DNA of 64,000 nt, taken from Mobula hypostoma (taxonomy: Eukaryota). The notes under the pieces were generated by a model, which worked only from the letters and a program-made list of their open reading frames with translations, was not told the DNA's origin and searched no databases. The stretch is taken from assembly GCF_963921235.1 (NCBI RefSeq), contig NC_086104.1, positions 103,354,001-103,418,000 of the forward strand. The letters run 5' to 3'. Of this stretch, positions 26,756 to 41,059 are shown one piece after another (the first letter of the stretch is position 1; every line of letters starts with the position of its first letter). The position numbers and the translations under genes were made by a program.

Positions 26756-29362
26756 AGGAGGGACATAGCATCCCAACTCTTGTACTTAATGACAATCACT
26801 TTCTTTGCCACTTTCTCCACCCACATCAGCACTTTAAGGAAATCTATCTGCAGGTCCAGCAATTTTGTAACACTTTCCATGACCCTATCAGTATCTGTCC
26901 TGGTTGAACTGATCAAAAGTCAATAGTTCACATTTGTCTGATTAAAATTCCAGCTGGCATGTCTTTGCTTCTACTCTCAGGCACTCCATTAATACATACG
27001 ACAAACAGCAGAAGAGCCAATATGCACACCACTGATCACAGCTACCAATATAAAACAGATAGATGTGAGGATATGAAAGGGCCAATGGAGGAGAGCAATG
27101 CTGTGAGAGTTTGTCAGGATGGGAGGACATTACAGCGAGAGTGAGAACCAAGGATGAGAATGGGAAACCTGAGGCAGGGAGGCAGTGAACTGTTCCTGGG
27201 TCAGCCGGCAGCGAGAGAAGAGGCCGATGCCTACAGTGGAGCAGTCAAGCCTCTCACCTCTTCATCCTAACCCTCTGTCCAGCAGTTCTATCTACTTATG
27301 CTATGGGGAAAGCACTCTGCAACCTATCCCTCATAATTTTCTGTATCTAAATCATCTCTCTTAAGTGGAGGGCTACAGGGATTGGTGATAGCTCCATTGT
27401 AGGTTATCATGATATCAACAAACTGGATGATAATGTGGTGAACTGGATCAGTAAACTTGCAGATGACATCAAGATCAGGGATGTAGTGGACAGTGAGGAT
27501 GGTGGAAGCTTGCAGCATGATCTGGGAATACAGACCCATAGTTCCTTGAAAGTGGTGTCACAGGTAGACAAAACCATAATGAGAGCTCTGACCTTCGTAA
27601 ATCAATACTGAATACAGTACAGGAGTTGAGATATTATGTTGAAGTTGTATAACACATTGATGAGGCCAAATTTAGAGTATTGTGTGCAGTTCTGGTCACC
27701 TATCTACAGTTAATCACCTGTCCCAGAGAAGGCATGAAACTGTAACATTTCCAAAACTTCAAACAATCAGGCGAAGTGGACAGGGTTTTGTGAAAGTGAT
27801 TCCACGTTTCACAATTACATTCGAATCTTTGGAGTGGGAACACAAGCTGCGGATAAAGGAAACGGTGGTTGTCCTGAACTACAATGTCCATTTGATAAGC
27901 TGCTCCTTCACAGGGTATCAGGAAAATGGAAGCTCACCGTGAATACTGAACCTACTGGTGACATAAAGAGAGATGGGAACGCAAGTTGTGAAGATGGGGT
28001 AAGGAGGCAATAGAGAGATTTTGGGAGGAAGTGAGATTGTAAATTTTTTTGCGGGAAATGTTGAAAGATGGCTGAGTGTTATCTGATGAAGAGGTTCCTG
28101 CCTGAAATATTAACTCTGTTTCTCTGACCAGGGTTGCTGCCTGAGCTGTGTTTTACTTGAATCTCAGAATTCTGGTCTGCGTGTTTATTTTTTTCCCCCA
28201 GAATATCATCGGTTAATTCTCGGAGCATTGAGCACACATTTCAAGAGGTTTGCGTCAGTTATCCGGGGCGTTAGGTGGTAATGTCACTGACCAACCTTCG
28301 ATATCGGATCTGTGCATCTGTAGGTTTATCCGGAGCGCTGCGTTTCTGTTCCGTTGCGGCCAAACCGTTGGAAATTGGCGGTTATGGATGATGAAAATGA
28401 GAGGCCGCCCTCTGCTCTGTCTGTCAATGACTGTCTCCACACCTCCCGTCTCTGTCTCCTCGCTTTCCCATCTCTTTCATCGCCTTAACTCTTTAATGTG
28501 CGATTAAATTTCAAAGAAACCGGTAATTATTAGAACCGTTCTGAACACAATTTGGGCGCTATCCGGTCACGAAGAGCGCGGTTGCTACATTAACGGTCCG
28601 GAGATTCGACTCCCATTCTCCTATAGTGAGCGCAATAACCCAATCAGAGAGCAAGAAAAGCGCCGGAAGTACACCAGCTCCCCGGATGGCCTGAAATTTG
28701 AAAAGCCCGCCGAAAAAGTTAATTATTGAACCCTTGTCTCCAAAAATATTCATTGACTCATTAATTCGATGAAGATTTATTTCACAGTAAAAGCCCAACG
28801 TTATTTAACTCGCTATATTCATTGTTTCTGGACAGTTAGTCTCCAAAAGCCAATCCAGTTTATATTCGCGGTCGCCGGTGTATAAACGTCATCAGGTTTT
28901 GCACTGGTCATTTTAAACCGCGGTCTAAGGCGAGTTTGCAACGTGTAAAAAAAATGAAAGAACGGGGATTCCAGTGACTGCAGACGGTTGTGTCCACGGG
29001 AACCGATCATGCACTCGACTGGAAATGATTGGAAAACTGCATTTATTAAAGTTCATTCCCCATAAAAATCACAAATGCCTGGAAACCTTAGCCACAATAA
29101 CCGACTGTACACGGCAAGAGACACCCTGACAGTGAGGGAGAAGTTTATCTCTGGTGTTCGCGCTGCCGTTAATCCAACGGCACAGAACTGCTGATTCTCA
29201 GAGTTGGTGGGTCCGGCCGTGTTGGAGTCTGCAACAAACCGGGATGAATTATTGAACAATATTACACAAAACCCACAGGGGAAGGTCAGAGGAAATCGGC
29301 GTGTCGGTAACACAAAAGGTGAATGAATAGGAAATGACAGCCCTTTCCACTGCTGGGTTAGT

Positions 29363-29378
29363 GGCTCTTAAAAGAGCC
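29363..29378 (-). terminator. Histone 3' stem-loop of H3 copy 1
   Basis: GGCTCTTTTAAGAGCC followed by the HDE GGAAAGGGCTG. Confidence 0.95.
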
Positions 29379-29407
29379 TTTTGTTGTGCTTGGTGCCGAG
29401 GCCGGAT

Positions 29408-29824
<417 letters not shown>

Positions 29825-29879
29825 TCAGCGGTCCGAGTAATCTGAATTACCGAGATTAGAATGTCGAAACTGCATTCGC

Positions 29880-30120
29880 GACTGGCTTTTAAAGGGTTGA
29901 GAAAGTGCCGCCCATTTCCCTCTGATTGGTTGTAAGGGAAATGTCCAATACAGGGTTTCAGCGCTGCGATTGGCTGTCTTTTCCTTCATCGGTTTGAAGA
30001 TCATGGTGGGGAATAGTATCTGTGACCAAATATGGAAACTGGTGACTAGGGTCAGAATTCAGTCAATCAGGCTGCAGTGAGTGCGGTTCAATTTCAAATT
30101 GCCCGCCAATTTCAAGAGCA
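29880..30120 (-). promoter_or_regulatory. H3 copy 1 promoter
   Basis: TTTAAAA TATA variant at ~29887-29893. CCAAT boxes at ~29925 and ~29969. E2F/CHR-like TTGGCGGGCAATTTGAA at ~30093-30109 (minus). Confidence 0.7.
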
Positions 30121-30183
30121 ACCAGGTTTCTTAAAATAAATAGAATGAATCATTAATTATCAGATTTCACCTTCATTTAAATC

Positions 30184-30672
30184 ACAAACGAGAGAAAATC
30201 TGCAGGTGCAGGAAATTCAAGTAACACACACTTACTAAATGCAGGGCCATGACGGCCGAGCTACGAAAAAGAGTAGAGTCGTCGTTTCGGGCCTGGAAAA
30301 ATGTTGTGGAGCAAGAAAGTGGGAGAGGGGAGGAAGAACTACGGGGGCGGGGGCGTGAAACCCGGAGGGGCGAAATAGAGAGCTGGGAAGTTGATTGGTT
30401 ACAGAGATACAGGGCTGGAGAAGGGTGGCGGGGTGCGGGGGTCTGATAGAAGGAGAAAAGGCCGTGGAAGAAGCGAAGGGGAAGGGAAAGGAGAACCAGA
30501 TCGGGGTGATGGGCAGATACGGAGATAAAGTGAGAGAGGGAAATTGGAGTGGGGAATGATGAAAAGGGCCGGGAAGTTTGAGAAATCGATATTCATGCCA
30601 TCAGGTTGGAAGCTACCCAGAGGGAATGTAAGGTGTTGCTCCTCCAACCTGAGTGTGGATTTATCGCGACAG
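30184..30672 (-). mobile_element. Penelope-like element 3' end and terminal repeat
   Basis: LRLEEQHLTFPLGSFQPDGMNIDFSNF (C-terminal end of the GIY-YIG ORF), a pyrimidine-rich UTR, and the shared terminal repeat. Confidence 0.75.
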
Positions 30673-31141
30673 ATTAATTCATTCATTTAAATCATCGATT
30701 TAGCTGAATCTGAATTTTTGCATATTTACTGCATAGCTTCTCGAGGTGAGTGAATTCAGTCCTGCAGGAAACGAAAGGGCAGGCAGAGAATTAAGGTCGA
30801 CTTTATTTTACTAAATGATTTGGGTGGGTGGGGGGGAACAGAACGGCAAAAGGTTTTCAAAGGGATCACAGGAATCTGCACTGAACTGAAATGCTGCTCA
30901 ATATGTCTGCAGAAACATTCATTACAATCACATGATTAAATTCTTTTTCTGTTCTCGCTCCTAGTCCACTGCTCAAGGCCAGATCGACTGCCACTGTCTC
31001 CTTGTACGCACACCGCTCTGACGGGCCCGAGAGGGAATTAGAGAGACAGCGTCAGATTGGAGCAGAGGCCTCTCATCTTTCAGCTCGCTCGGGATTTTAC
31101 TACAAGTGCCAATTCCTAGTTCTTTCCTGGGAGGTATGGGC

Positions 31142-31157
31142 GGCTCTTACAAGAGCC
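31142..31157 (-). terminator. Histone 3' stem-loop of the H1 pseudogene
   Basis: GGCTCTTGTAAGAGCC plus HDE GGAAAGAACT. Confidence 0.85.
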
Positions 31158-31192
31158 GTTGATTTCAGGACTTTACAAGTTGCGTTTTTTAT

Positions 31193-31723
31193 TTACTTTT
31201 TGGTCGCCGTCTTCCTGGATTTCACAGATTTCGCCTTCGGCTTGGATTTTCCAGAATTCTTGGCCATCTTCGCCGCGATCTTCTTGGGACTCTTGGGTTT
31301 CTGCCCAGCCTTCCTGGTTACTGATTTTTTATCTGCCGTTTTTTTAGCCGCTGGTTTCCTAACAGCTTGTCTTTTGGTGGAAGTTTTCTTGGTCACCAGT
31401 TTCTTTGTCGCTGGTTTCTTAACTTTTTTCACGATTTTCGCGGCGCTGTCTTTTTTAGCGGCCTTCAAGGAACCGGAGGCACCCGCGCCCTTAGTGTGAA
31501 CCAGCGAGCCACTTTTCAATTTCCTTTTAGTAGCCATTTTGATCTGACCTTTGAACTTTTCCACATTGACGCCGTTGGCGGCCGAACCCTTCTTGATCGC
31601 GACTACGGACACCCCCGGAGACTGCGGCAACCCTTCACAATCTTGTCTATCTGTTCGGCCAGCTGGCTTGGTCCGGGCGGCCGCCGCGGGAGGAGCCACT
31701 TCAGCGACTGCGACTCTGGACAA
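31193..31723 (-). pseudogene. H1: Histone H1 pseudogene (no ATG, N-tail deletion, offsetting frameshifts)
   Basis: Globular domain GVSVVAIKKG..GSLVHTKGAGASGSLK and a Lys-rich tail with KSPKK. Helix 1 (EQIDKIVKGCRS) is in another frame, and the ORF opens on TTG. Confidence 0.85.
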
Positions 31724-31934
31724 ACTCTCTCAAACTCAGGAGTCAAAAATGAAGCAAGCGGCGGTTCAGAGCAATTGTTGGAACCGTTCTGAACACAATT
31801 TGGGCGCTATCGGGTCACGAAGAGCGCGGTTGTTACATTAACGGTCTGGAGATCAGACTGCCATTCTCTCATAGTGAGCGCAATAACCCAATCAGAGAGC
31901 AAGAATAGCGCCGGAAGTACCCCTGTTCCCCGGA

Positions 31935-33555
31935 ATCTCTTCTGGGGAAGGCATGACCTGTTCGAAACTGATCGGTCACACCTGAACCTGAGGGGGACCA
32001 TTATCCTTGTGGGCAGGTTTGCTATATCTGGGGGAGTGGGGGTGTCAGTTTATTCAGCAGCAAGGTGGGAAGCTGAGTGATAGGACTGAGAAGGATGCAG
32101 CAGTTGGTATACAAGTGAGACTGAGGAAGGACAGGCCTATGATAGGGCAAAATTGAAAAGGGGTGTTGGATGCTGGACTGAAGGTATTACATTTGATCGC
32201 ACACGCTATATACAACAAGGCAGATGACCTTGTAGTTACAGATTAGTAGTTATGACGTCATGACCATAGCTGATTCGTGGCTGAAAGAAGATTATAGTTG
32301 GGAGTTTAACATCCAAGGATAAACATTGTATTGAAAGGAGAGGCAGTAGGCAGAGGGGATGGGAAATGTAGAAGCCTTGATGGGAGAGTTAAGAAACCAC
32401 ACGGGTAAAAAGACCCTGATGGGAGTTAAATATGTACAAGCATCTGTACAGTAGCCAGGATGTGGGCAGGATATTACAAATGAGATGAAAAGGCATGTAA
32501 AAAGCGTAAGGTTACAATTGTCTTGGGGGATTTCAATATGCAGGTAGATTGGGAAATTAGGTGGTCCTGGATCCCAAGAGAGGGAATTCAAGAGTGCCAG
32601 TGGGCAGAGGTGAGTATAATTGCTATTACTAAGGTGAGGTGCTTGGAAAGCTGAAAGATCTGAAGGTAGATTAAGTCCCCTGGATCAGATGGACTACATC
32701 TCAAGGTTCTGAAAGAAATGGCTGAAAAGATTGTGGAGACATTAGTAATGATCTTTATGATTCACTAGATCCTGAAATGGTTCTGGAGGACCGGAACATT
32801 TGAAGTATCACTCCACTCTTTTAAAAGGGCAGGAGGCAGAAGAAAGGAAATTATAGGCTAGTTAGCCTGATTTCAGTGGTTGGAAAGACGTTGGAAGTCC
32901 ATTATGAAGGATGAAGTTTCAGAGTACTTGGAGACACGTGATGTTAGCAGAGTTTCCTTAAGGGAAAATGTTGCCTGACAAATCTGTTGGAATTCTTTGA
33001 GGAAATAACAATCAGGATCAAGAAAGATGAGTTAGTGGGTGTTGTTTACTGGATTTTCAGAAGGCCTTTGACAAGATGCTGCACATAAGGCTACTTAACA
33101 AGATAAGAGCCTGTGGTGTAACAGGAAAGACACTAGCATGGATAGAAGATTAGCTGACTGACAGGAGGCAAAGAGTGGGAATAAAGGGGACCTTTTCTAG
33201 TTGAGAGCCGGTGACTCATACTGTTCCACAGGGGTTGTGTTGGGCCTGCTTCATTTCACATGATATGTCAGTGATTTTGTTGACATAATTGATGCCTTTG
33301 TAGCCACTTTGGTGGATAGTACAGATAAGTGGAGGGGCAGGAAGTGTTGAGGTGGCGGGGAGTCTGCAGGAGGATTCAGACTGATTAGGAGATTGGGGAA
33401 AGAAGTGGCAGATGGATTCCATTGCAAGGACGTGTGTGGTCAAGCAGTTTTCATATACTATTTTCTATACGGGGAGAAAATTTAAAAACCTGAGATGCAA
33501 TGGGACTAGAGAGTCCTTGTGCAGGTCAAATGGCTTATTTCTTCTCCTATGTGTT
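31935..33555 (+). mobile_element. Old, internally deleted CR1 LINE
   Basis: ORF1 end (LFWGRHDLF..HLNLRGT.ILVGRFA), EN remnants, and RT remnants (LDFQKAFDK, VPQGL). Confidence 0.75.
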
Positions 33556-33949
33556 ATGGTCCTGGATGTGCTTCAAAAATTCCACCTCCAATCCTTTCAC
33601 ACAGAGGTGATCTAGTTAATTTTGGGAGAGTTCAAATGCTTGACTGGTGTAACTCTATTCCCTTTACACATCTGTATGATTTCCAACATACCTGCTCCTC
33701 AATCTCCCAGCAGCTGCTGGGAGTTGAACAGTATAATTTAAGCAATGCATAAGATATTTTATTTATTCCTAAACTCCACTCACACAGCATCGTGTGAAGA
33801 ACCTTCTGAGATGTTCTTCCTCATTACTGCAGCAACTGTCTCCTTGATCAATAATGCAACATTCCTCCCTCCCCCTCTTTTACATCCCTCCCTGTCACAT
33901 GTGAACCTTCTACAGCTGGAGTGGGGAGTCTCCAGTCCTGCCCAGTTTT

Positions 33950-36370
33950 CACTTACAGAGTCAGAGTTGCACAGGACAGAAACTGGCCCTTTGGCCCATC
34001 TCATCCATTCTGACCAAGATGTCTACCTGTGCAAATCCCATTTGTCAGTCTTTGGCCCATTCCCTCTAAATCTCTCCTATCCATGTACCTGTACAAAAAC
34101 CTGTTAAACATCGTAACTGTACTCTCCTCTGTGCAGCTTCCTCCAGCTGCTCGTACCATATACCCACCACCCTCTGTGTGGAAAATGTTGTTCCTCGGGT
34201 CCCTTTTGAGTCTCTTCCCTGTGACATGATGTCCTCGTTTTAGACTCCCCTAAACCTTCTGCCCCATTCCAGCTTAACGACGTTCCTCCTATAAGCAGCT
34301 GACCAGAACTGCACACAATACATTGTGGTCTCACCACTAACTTGAACATGAAGTCCCAACTTCTGTACTCCAAGCCACACTGATTTGGCTGTGTGGCAAA
34401 TGCCTTCCTCGGCACCCTGTCTACACTTTCAGAGAACTATGTACTTGTACTCCTTGGTCTCTCTGTTCTCCAAACTCTCGAGGACCCTACTCAATGTCAC
34501 AGATACACCGGTGTGTGCCCCCAGCTAAAAGAGTTTTCTGTCACTGTCACTGACCCAGAACAGAGAACAGTACAGCACAGGACGAGGCCCTTCTTCCCAC
34601 AGTGCCAAATGAAACTGAATCTCTTCTGCTGCATGTGATTCATTTCCTTCCATTTCCTGTCTAAAAGCCTTTGAACTGTCACTATCCACCACTCCCCAAG
34701 GCAGACCATACCAGGCCCCCACCACTGTAAATAAAACTAAACTTTGACTTGCCCTGCACACACCTTTAAATTCTCACTCTGTCACTTTAAAGCCATGCTT
34801 TCTTTATTTAACATTTCCACCCTGGGAAAAAGATTCGGACTCTATCTTATCCACACCTTTCATAGTTTTATAACCTTCTGTCAGGTCTCTACTCAGCCTC
34901 CTTCGGTCCAGGGAAAACAGCCCCAGCCATCCAATCTTTCCTTGTAACTCAAGGCCGACAGTCCAGGCCTTCTGAAAATCCAAACACATCACACACAGGT
35001 TCCCTTCTCACATCCAGAAAAACTCTGGCATGTTGGTCAAACACAAGCTGCCTTTCACCAAGCCAGCTGACAGTATCTCAAACCTGGTCACAGTTGGACA
35101 TGATGGTGAAGAAATCTTTTGGCACACTGGCCTTCATCAGTCACTTCACTGAGTGGAGAGGTCGGCATGTTGCGTTGCAGCTGTAAAAGATGTTGTTGGG
35201 GCCGCGTCAAAATATTCTTTTTCGTTTTGGTCACCCTGTTGCAGGAAAGATGCTGGAAATACTGCAGGGGAGATTCACAAGGATGTTGCCAGGACATGAA
35301 TGACTGAGTTATAAGAACATAAGAAATAAGAGCAGGAGTCAGCCATCTGGCCCGTCAAGCCTGGTCTGCTACTTAATAAGATTATGGTTGATCTGACCAT
35401 GGGGTCATCTTCACCTACCTGCCTTTTCCCCTTACCCTTTAATTCCCCTACTATTGGTTCTTCCCTCACCTCTGAAAAACATAAGTCTGTCCTACATTTC
35501 CTTTGGGCTCCTATACTCTAATCCAGGCAGAGTCCTGGTGAACCTTGTCAGATTCAAGTTTTATAGAGGTGCAGTGTGACTTCCTTACTCTTGTATTCAA
35601 CACTCCTGCTAATGAAAGCAATGCAGTGTGTAGTGAGACTGAGGGAGGACAGGATGATAGGGCAAAATTGCAGTCAGTGGGATGAGGTGAAGTGTAACAT
35701 GGGGACAAAATTAAAAAGTGTTATGAATACAGGACCGAAGGTGTTAGATTTGAATGCACACAATATATGGAATTTTAGATGATCTTTTGCACAGGGATTT
35801 GCATTTATGATGTGGGCATCATTGAGTCTTGGCTGAAAGAAGGTCATAATTGGGAGCTTAACATCCAAGGATACACTTTGTATTGAAAGGGCAGACTGGA
35901 TGGGAGTGGGACTGGGCTAGCTCTGTTGGTGAAAAATGAAATCAAATCCTTAAAAAGAGCTGACATAGGATTGGAAGATGTAAAATCCTTGTGCTCAGAG
36001 TTAAGAAAATGCAAGGGTAAAAATACCCTGATGGAAATACCCTAATAGGATTTATATACAGGCCTCCAAATGGTAGCCAGGATGTGGGATACAAATTTCT
36101 CCTAGTGAGCTTGAGCCTACTAGGAGGAAGGCAATTGTGTTCTGTAATGAACCAGATATGATTAGTGAGCTTGAGGTAAGGGAACCCTTCAGAAGCACTG
36201 ATCAGAATAAAGATTTCATGCTACAGTTTCAGAGGGATAACCTAAAGTCAGATGTATCAGCATACAGAGGTATGAGGGAAGAGCTGGCTGAAGTTGACTG
36301 AAAGGGGACACCAGCAGGAATGACAGCAGAACAGCAGTGGCTGGAGATTTTGGGGGCAATTTGGAAGGTC
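33950..36370. mobile_element. Stack of short degenerate CR1/LINE fragments on both strands
   Basis: CR1 3' ends at ~33950-34480 (-), ~34555-34950 (-) and ~35310-35450 (-). ORF2 5' fragment at ~35610-36370 (+). Confidence 0.55.
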
Positions 36371-36884
36371 CCTTTCTCACCTTATCTTATTACCTGTTCA
36401 TTATCTCCCTCCGGTGCTCTTCCGCCTTTCCTTTCTTCCATGGTCTTCTACCCTCTCCTACAGATTCCCCCTTCTCCAACCTTTTATTTCTTTCACCTAT
36501 AAACTTCCCAGCTCTTTACTTCACTCATCCCCCTCTCCGGGTTTCACCTATCATCCACCACCTGTACTTCTTCCTCACCTCCCCCAATTTCTCGCTCTAC
36601 CTTCTCATCCTTTTCCAGTCCTGCAGACTTTCCCGTCTTTGACACAACACCTCTTCAGATTTGTGCTCAATGCTCCGAAAATTGACTAATGATATCCTGG
36701 AAAAAGAACAAATGCGGAAACCAGAATTCTGGCAGCAACTGTGGTCAGAGAAACAGAGTTAGCGTTTCAGGCTGAAACCTCTCCATCAGATAACATTCTG
36801 CAACATTTCAGCTCCGGCGAACGTGCTCCACGCAAACCACCTCCCCCCCCCCCCCCCCCGCCGGCCTGCCTCAAACTGATGTCG

Positions 36885-36970
36885 GAAAAACAGCCAATCG
36901 CAGCGCTGGGACTCTCTTACAACCAATTAATAGGGGTTAGGCGGCCCTTGAACCCTTTAAAAGCCGGTTC
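36885..36970 (+). promoter_or_regulatory. H3 copy 2 promoter
   Basis: CCAAT at 36894 and 36923, TTTAAAA at 36956-36962. Motif order matches H3 copy 1. Confidence 0.7.
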
Positions 36971-37026
36971 CCGCGGCTGCTCCGACATTCCGACCCCGGT
37001 ATTGGAGACTGTTCTCGGACTGCTGA

Positions 37027-37443
<417 letters not shown>

Positions 37444-37472
37444 ATCCGGCCTCGGCACCAAGCACAACAAAA

Positions 37473-37488
37473 GGCTCTTTTAAGAGCC
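37473..37488 (+). terminator. Histone 3' stem-loop of H3 copy 2
   Basis: GGCTCTTTTAAGAGCC plus GGAAAGGGCTG at ~37503. Confidence 0.95.
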
Positions 37489-38520
37489 ACTAACCCAGCA
37501 GTGGAAAGGGCTGTCATTTCCTATTCATTCACCTTTTGTGTTACCGACACGCCGATTTCCTCTGATCCTCCCCTGTGGGTTTTGTGTAATATTGTTCAAT
37601 AATTCATCCCGGTTTGTTACAGACTCCAACACGGCCGGACCCACCAACACTGAGAATCAGCAGTTCTGTGCCGTTGAGTTAACGGCAGCGTGAACACCAG
37701 AGATAAACATCCCTCGCCGTCAGGGTGTCTCTGTCCCCATACCCCTGCCGTATAGTTTTTTTTTGGGACAAGGTTTCTAGGTGTTTGCAGTTGTTACTGT
37801 TATGGGGAATGAGCTTTAATAAATGTATTCCTGTCCCGTTTCTAGTGTAGTTCCGGTTCTTTCACACAACTTCTTTCACGTTGCAAACTCGCCTTGGAGC
37901 GAGGTTTCAGAGAGGCCTGTACAGAACCTGCTGACGTCTGTACACCGGCCGACCGCCAGTGTAACCTGTGGTTCTGCTTTTGGAAGCTAAATCACCCGAA
38001 ACATTCAAACTGGCGAGTTAAGTAACGTTTAGGCGGTTACCGGAAAATAAATAGAATTAATGAGTCAATGCACATTTTTTGCAAACAGCTGTTCAATAAA
38101 TAAGTTTTGTGCCTCAACACACAAAAATACTGGAGGAACTCAGCAGGACAGGCAGCGCTCATTGGGGGAAAAAAAAAGTAGTCAACGTGTCAAGCAGGAA
38201 GTTCTCTTCTTGTGTTTTTTTTCAAATCTCAGGCCATCCGGGGTGAGGTTCCGGCGCTTTTCTTGCCGCTCTCTGATTGGGTTATTGTGCTCACAATAAG
38301 AGAATAGGAAAACTAATCTCCAGACCCCTAACGGCGCATTTCGTGACCCGATACCGCCCAGACTGCGTTCGGAGTTATTTCAATCTCGTGGCATAATTGT
38401 CAATAATTACATGACAACCTCATCCACCCATTTTAAATTTAATCGCATGAGTTAACATTTCAGGTCAGTGGTATGGGACCTGCTCTCCCCGGTCACTGCT
38501 CTCTCCGTGAGGCGGTGGGC

Positions 38521-38536
38521 GGCTCTTAGAAGAGCC
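38521..38536 (-). terminator. Histone 3' stem-loop of H4
   Basis: GGCTCTTCTAAGAGCC plus HDE GGAGAGAGCAG. Confidence 0.95.
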
Positions 38537-38568
38537 TTTGTTTTGTGTTTGGAAGAACGAAGAGTTCC

Positions 38569-38889
<321 letters not shown>

Positions 38890-39411
38890 TCACTCCAGTC
38901 GTCGTTCAGTAACAAACTCTGTACTGGTGTCACCTTTTATACACAGCGCCCCGACCTGTCCGAGAAACGCGCAGAGAGAGAGAGGGGAGGAGACAAAGTG
39001 ACGGGCAAGGAAGAGGGAGAGAGAGAGAGAGAGAGACGGGGAAGGGTGGAGACAGTCAGTGACAGACAGCACAGGGCAGCCTCTCACCTCCAACTTCCAA
39101 CGGTTTGGCCACAACGGAACAGAAGCCCAGCTCTCCGAAAATAAAAACAACAGATGCACAGATCCGATATTGAAGGTCTGTCAGTAACATTACCACATAA
39201 CGCCCTGGATAACTGACGCAAACCTCTTGAAATGTGTGCTCAATGCTCCGAAAATTAACCGACGATATTCTGGAAAAAAATAAACGCGAAAACCAGAATT
39301 CTGAAATTCAAGTAAAACACACCTCAAGCAGCAACTCTGGTCAGAGAAACAGAGTTAACGTTTCAGGCAGGAACTTCTTCATCATATAACTTCTGCTATC
39401 TTTCAATATTT

Positions 39412-41059
39412 AAAGAATGTGCTTTATTGAATATTCTATGCACACTTTGAAAGGGAGAACACAACTACAGCTGAGAAGATCCCTGCTGTAGGGATGACCC
39501 TGTAATCTCCGTCTCAGAGGCCGATGTTAGGCTCTCTTTAAAGAGAGTGAACCCTAGCAAGGCAGTAGGTCCTGATGGAGAACCTGTTAAGGCTCTGAAA
39601 ACCTGTGCCAACCAACTGGCGAGAGTATTCAAGGACATTTTCTACCTTTCACTGCTACGGGCAGAAGTTACCACTTGCTTCAAAAAGGCAACAATTATAC
39701 CAATGCCAAAGAAGAATAATGTGGGCTGCCTTAACGACTATCGCCCCGTAGCACTCTCATCTATAGTGATGAAATGCTTTGAGAGGTTGGTCATGACTAG
39801 ACTGAACTCCTGCCTCAGCAAGGACCTGGACCCAGTGCAACTTGCCTATCGCCACGATAGGTCAACAGCAGACACAATCTCAATGGCTCTTCACACAGCT
39901 TTAGACCACATAGGAAACACAAACACCTACGTCAGGATGCTGTTTATCGACAATAGCTCAGCATTTAATACCATCATTCCAACAATCCTGATTGAGAAGT
40001 TGCATAACCTGGGCCTCTGTAATTTGATCCTCGACTTCCTAACCAGAAGACCACAGTCTGTGCGGATTAATGATAACATATCCTCTTCGCTGACGATCAA
40101 CACTCTCTGTATACACATGACTGTGTGGCTAGGCATAGCTCAAATAACATCTACAAATTTGCTGATGATACAACCATTGTTGGTAGAATCTCAGGTGGTG
40201 ACGAGAGGGTGTACAGGAGTGAGATATGCCAACTAGTGGAGTGGTGCCGCAGCAACAACCTGGCACTGAATGTCAGTAAGACGAAAGAGCTGATTGTGGA
40301 CTTCAGGGAGGGTAAGGTGAAAGAACACATAACAATCATCATAGAGAGATCAGAATTGGAGAGAGTGAGCAGCTTCAAGTTCCACGGTGTCAAGATCTCT
40401 GAGGATCTAACCTGGTCCCAACATATTGATGTAGTCATAAAAAAGGCAAGTCAGAGGCTATACTTTATTAGGAGTTTGAAGTGATTTGGTATGTCAACAA
40501 ATACACTCAAAAATTTCTCTAGTTGTACCGTGGAGAGCATTCTGACAGGCTGCAGCACTGTCTGGTATGAAGGGGCTACTGCACAGGACCAAAAGAAGCT
40601 ACAGAAGGTTGTAAATCTAGTCAGTTCCATCCTGGGCACTAGCCTACAAAGTACCCAGGACACCTTTAGGGAGCAGTGTCTGTTATTAAATACCTCCAGC
40701 ATCCAGGGCATTCCCTTTTCTCACTGTTACCCTGTTAGCATCAGGAAGGAGATACAGAAGCCTGAAGGCACACAGTCAGTGATTCAGGAACAGTTCCTTC
40801 CCCCATGCCATCCGATTCCTGAATGGACTTTGAAGCTTTGGACACTACCTCACTTTTTTTTTAATATACAGTATTTCTATTTTTGCATATTTTAAATAAT
40901 CTATTCAATATATGTAATTGATTTACCTGTTTATTATGTTTTATATTACTTATTATTACTGTTTCTCTCTCTCTGCTAGATTATGTATTGCATTGAACTG
41001 CTGCTGCTAAGTTAACAAATTTCACGACACATGCTGGTGATAATAAATCTGATACTGAT
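39412..41059 (+). mobile_element. 5'-truncated Rex1/Babar-type LINE inserted in the right arm of the inverted duplication
   Basis: Motifs [46 protein letters not shown] and LNVSKTKELIVDFR. Ends aataaatctgatactgatt. Its flanks are contiguous in the left arm at ~28065. Confidence 0.9.
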
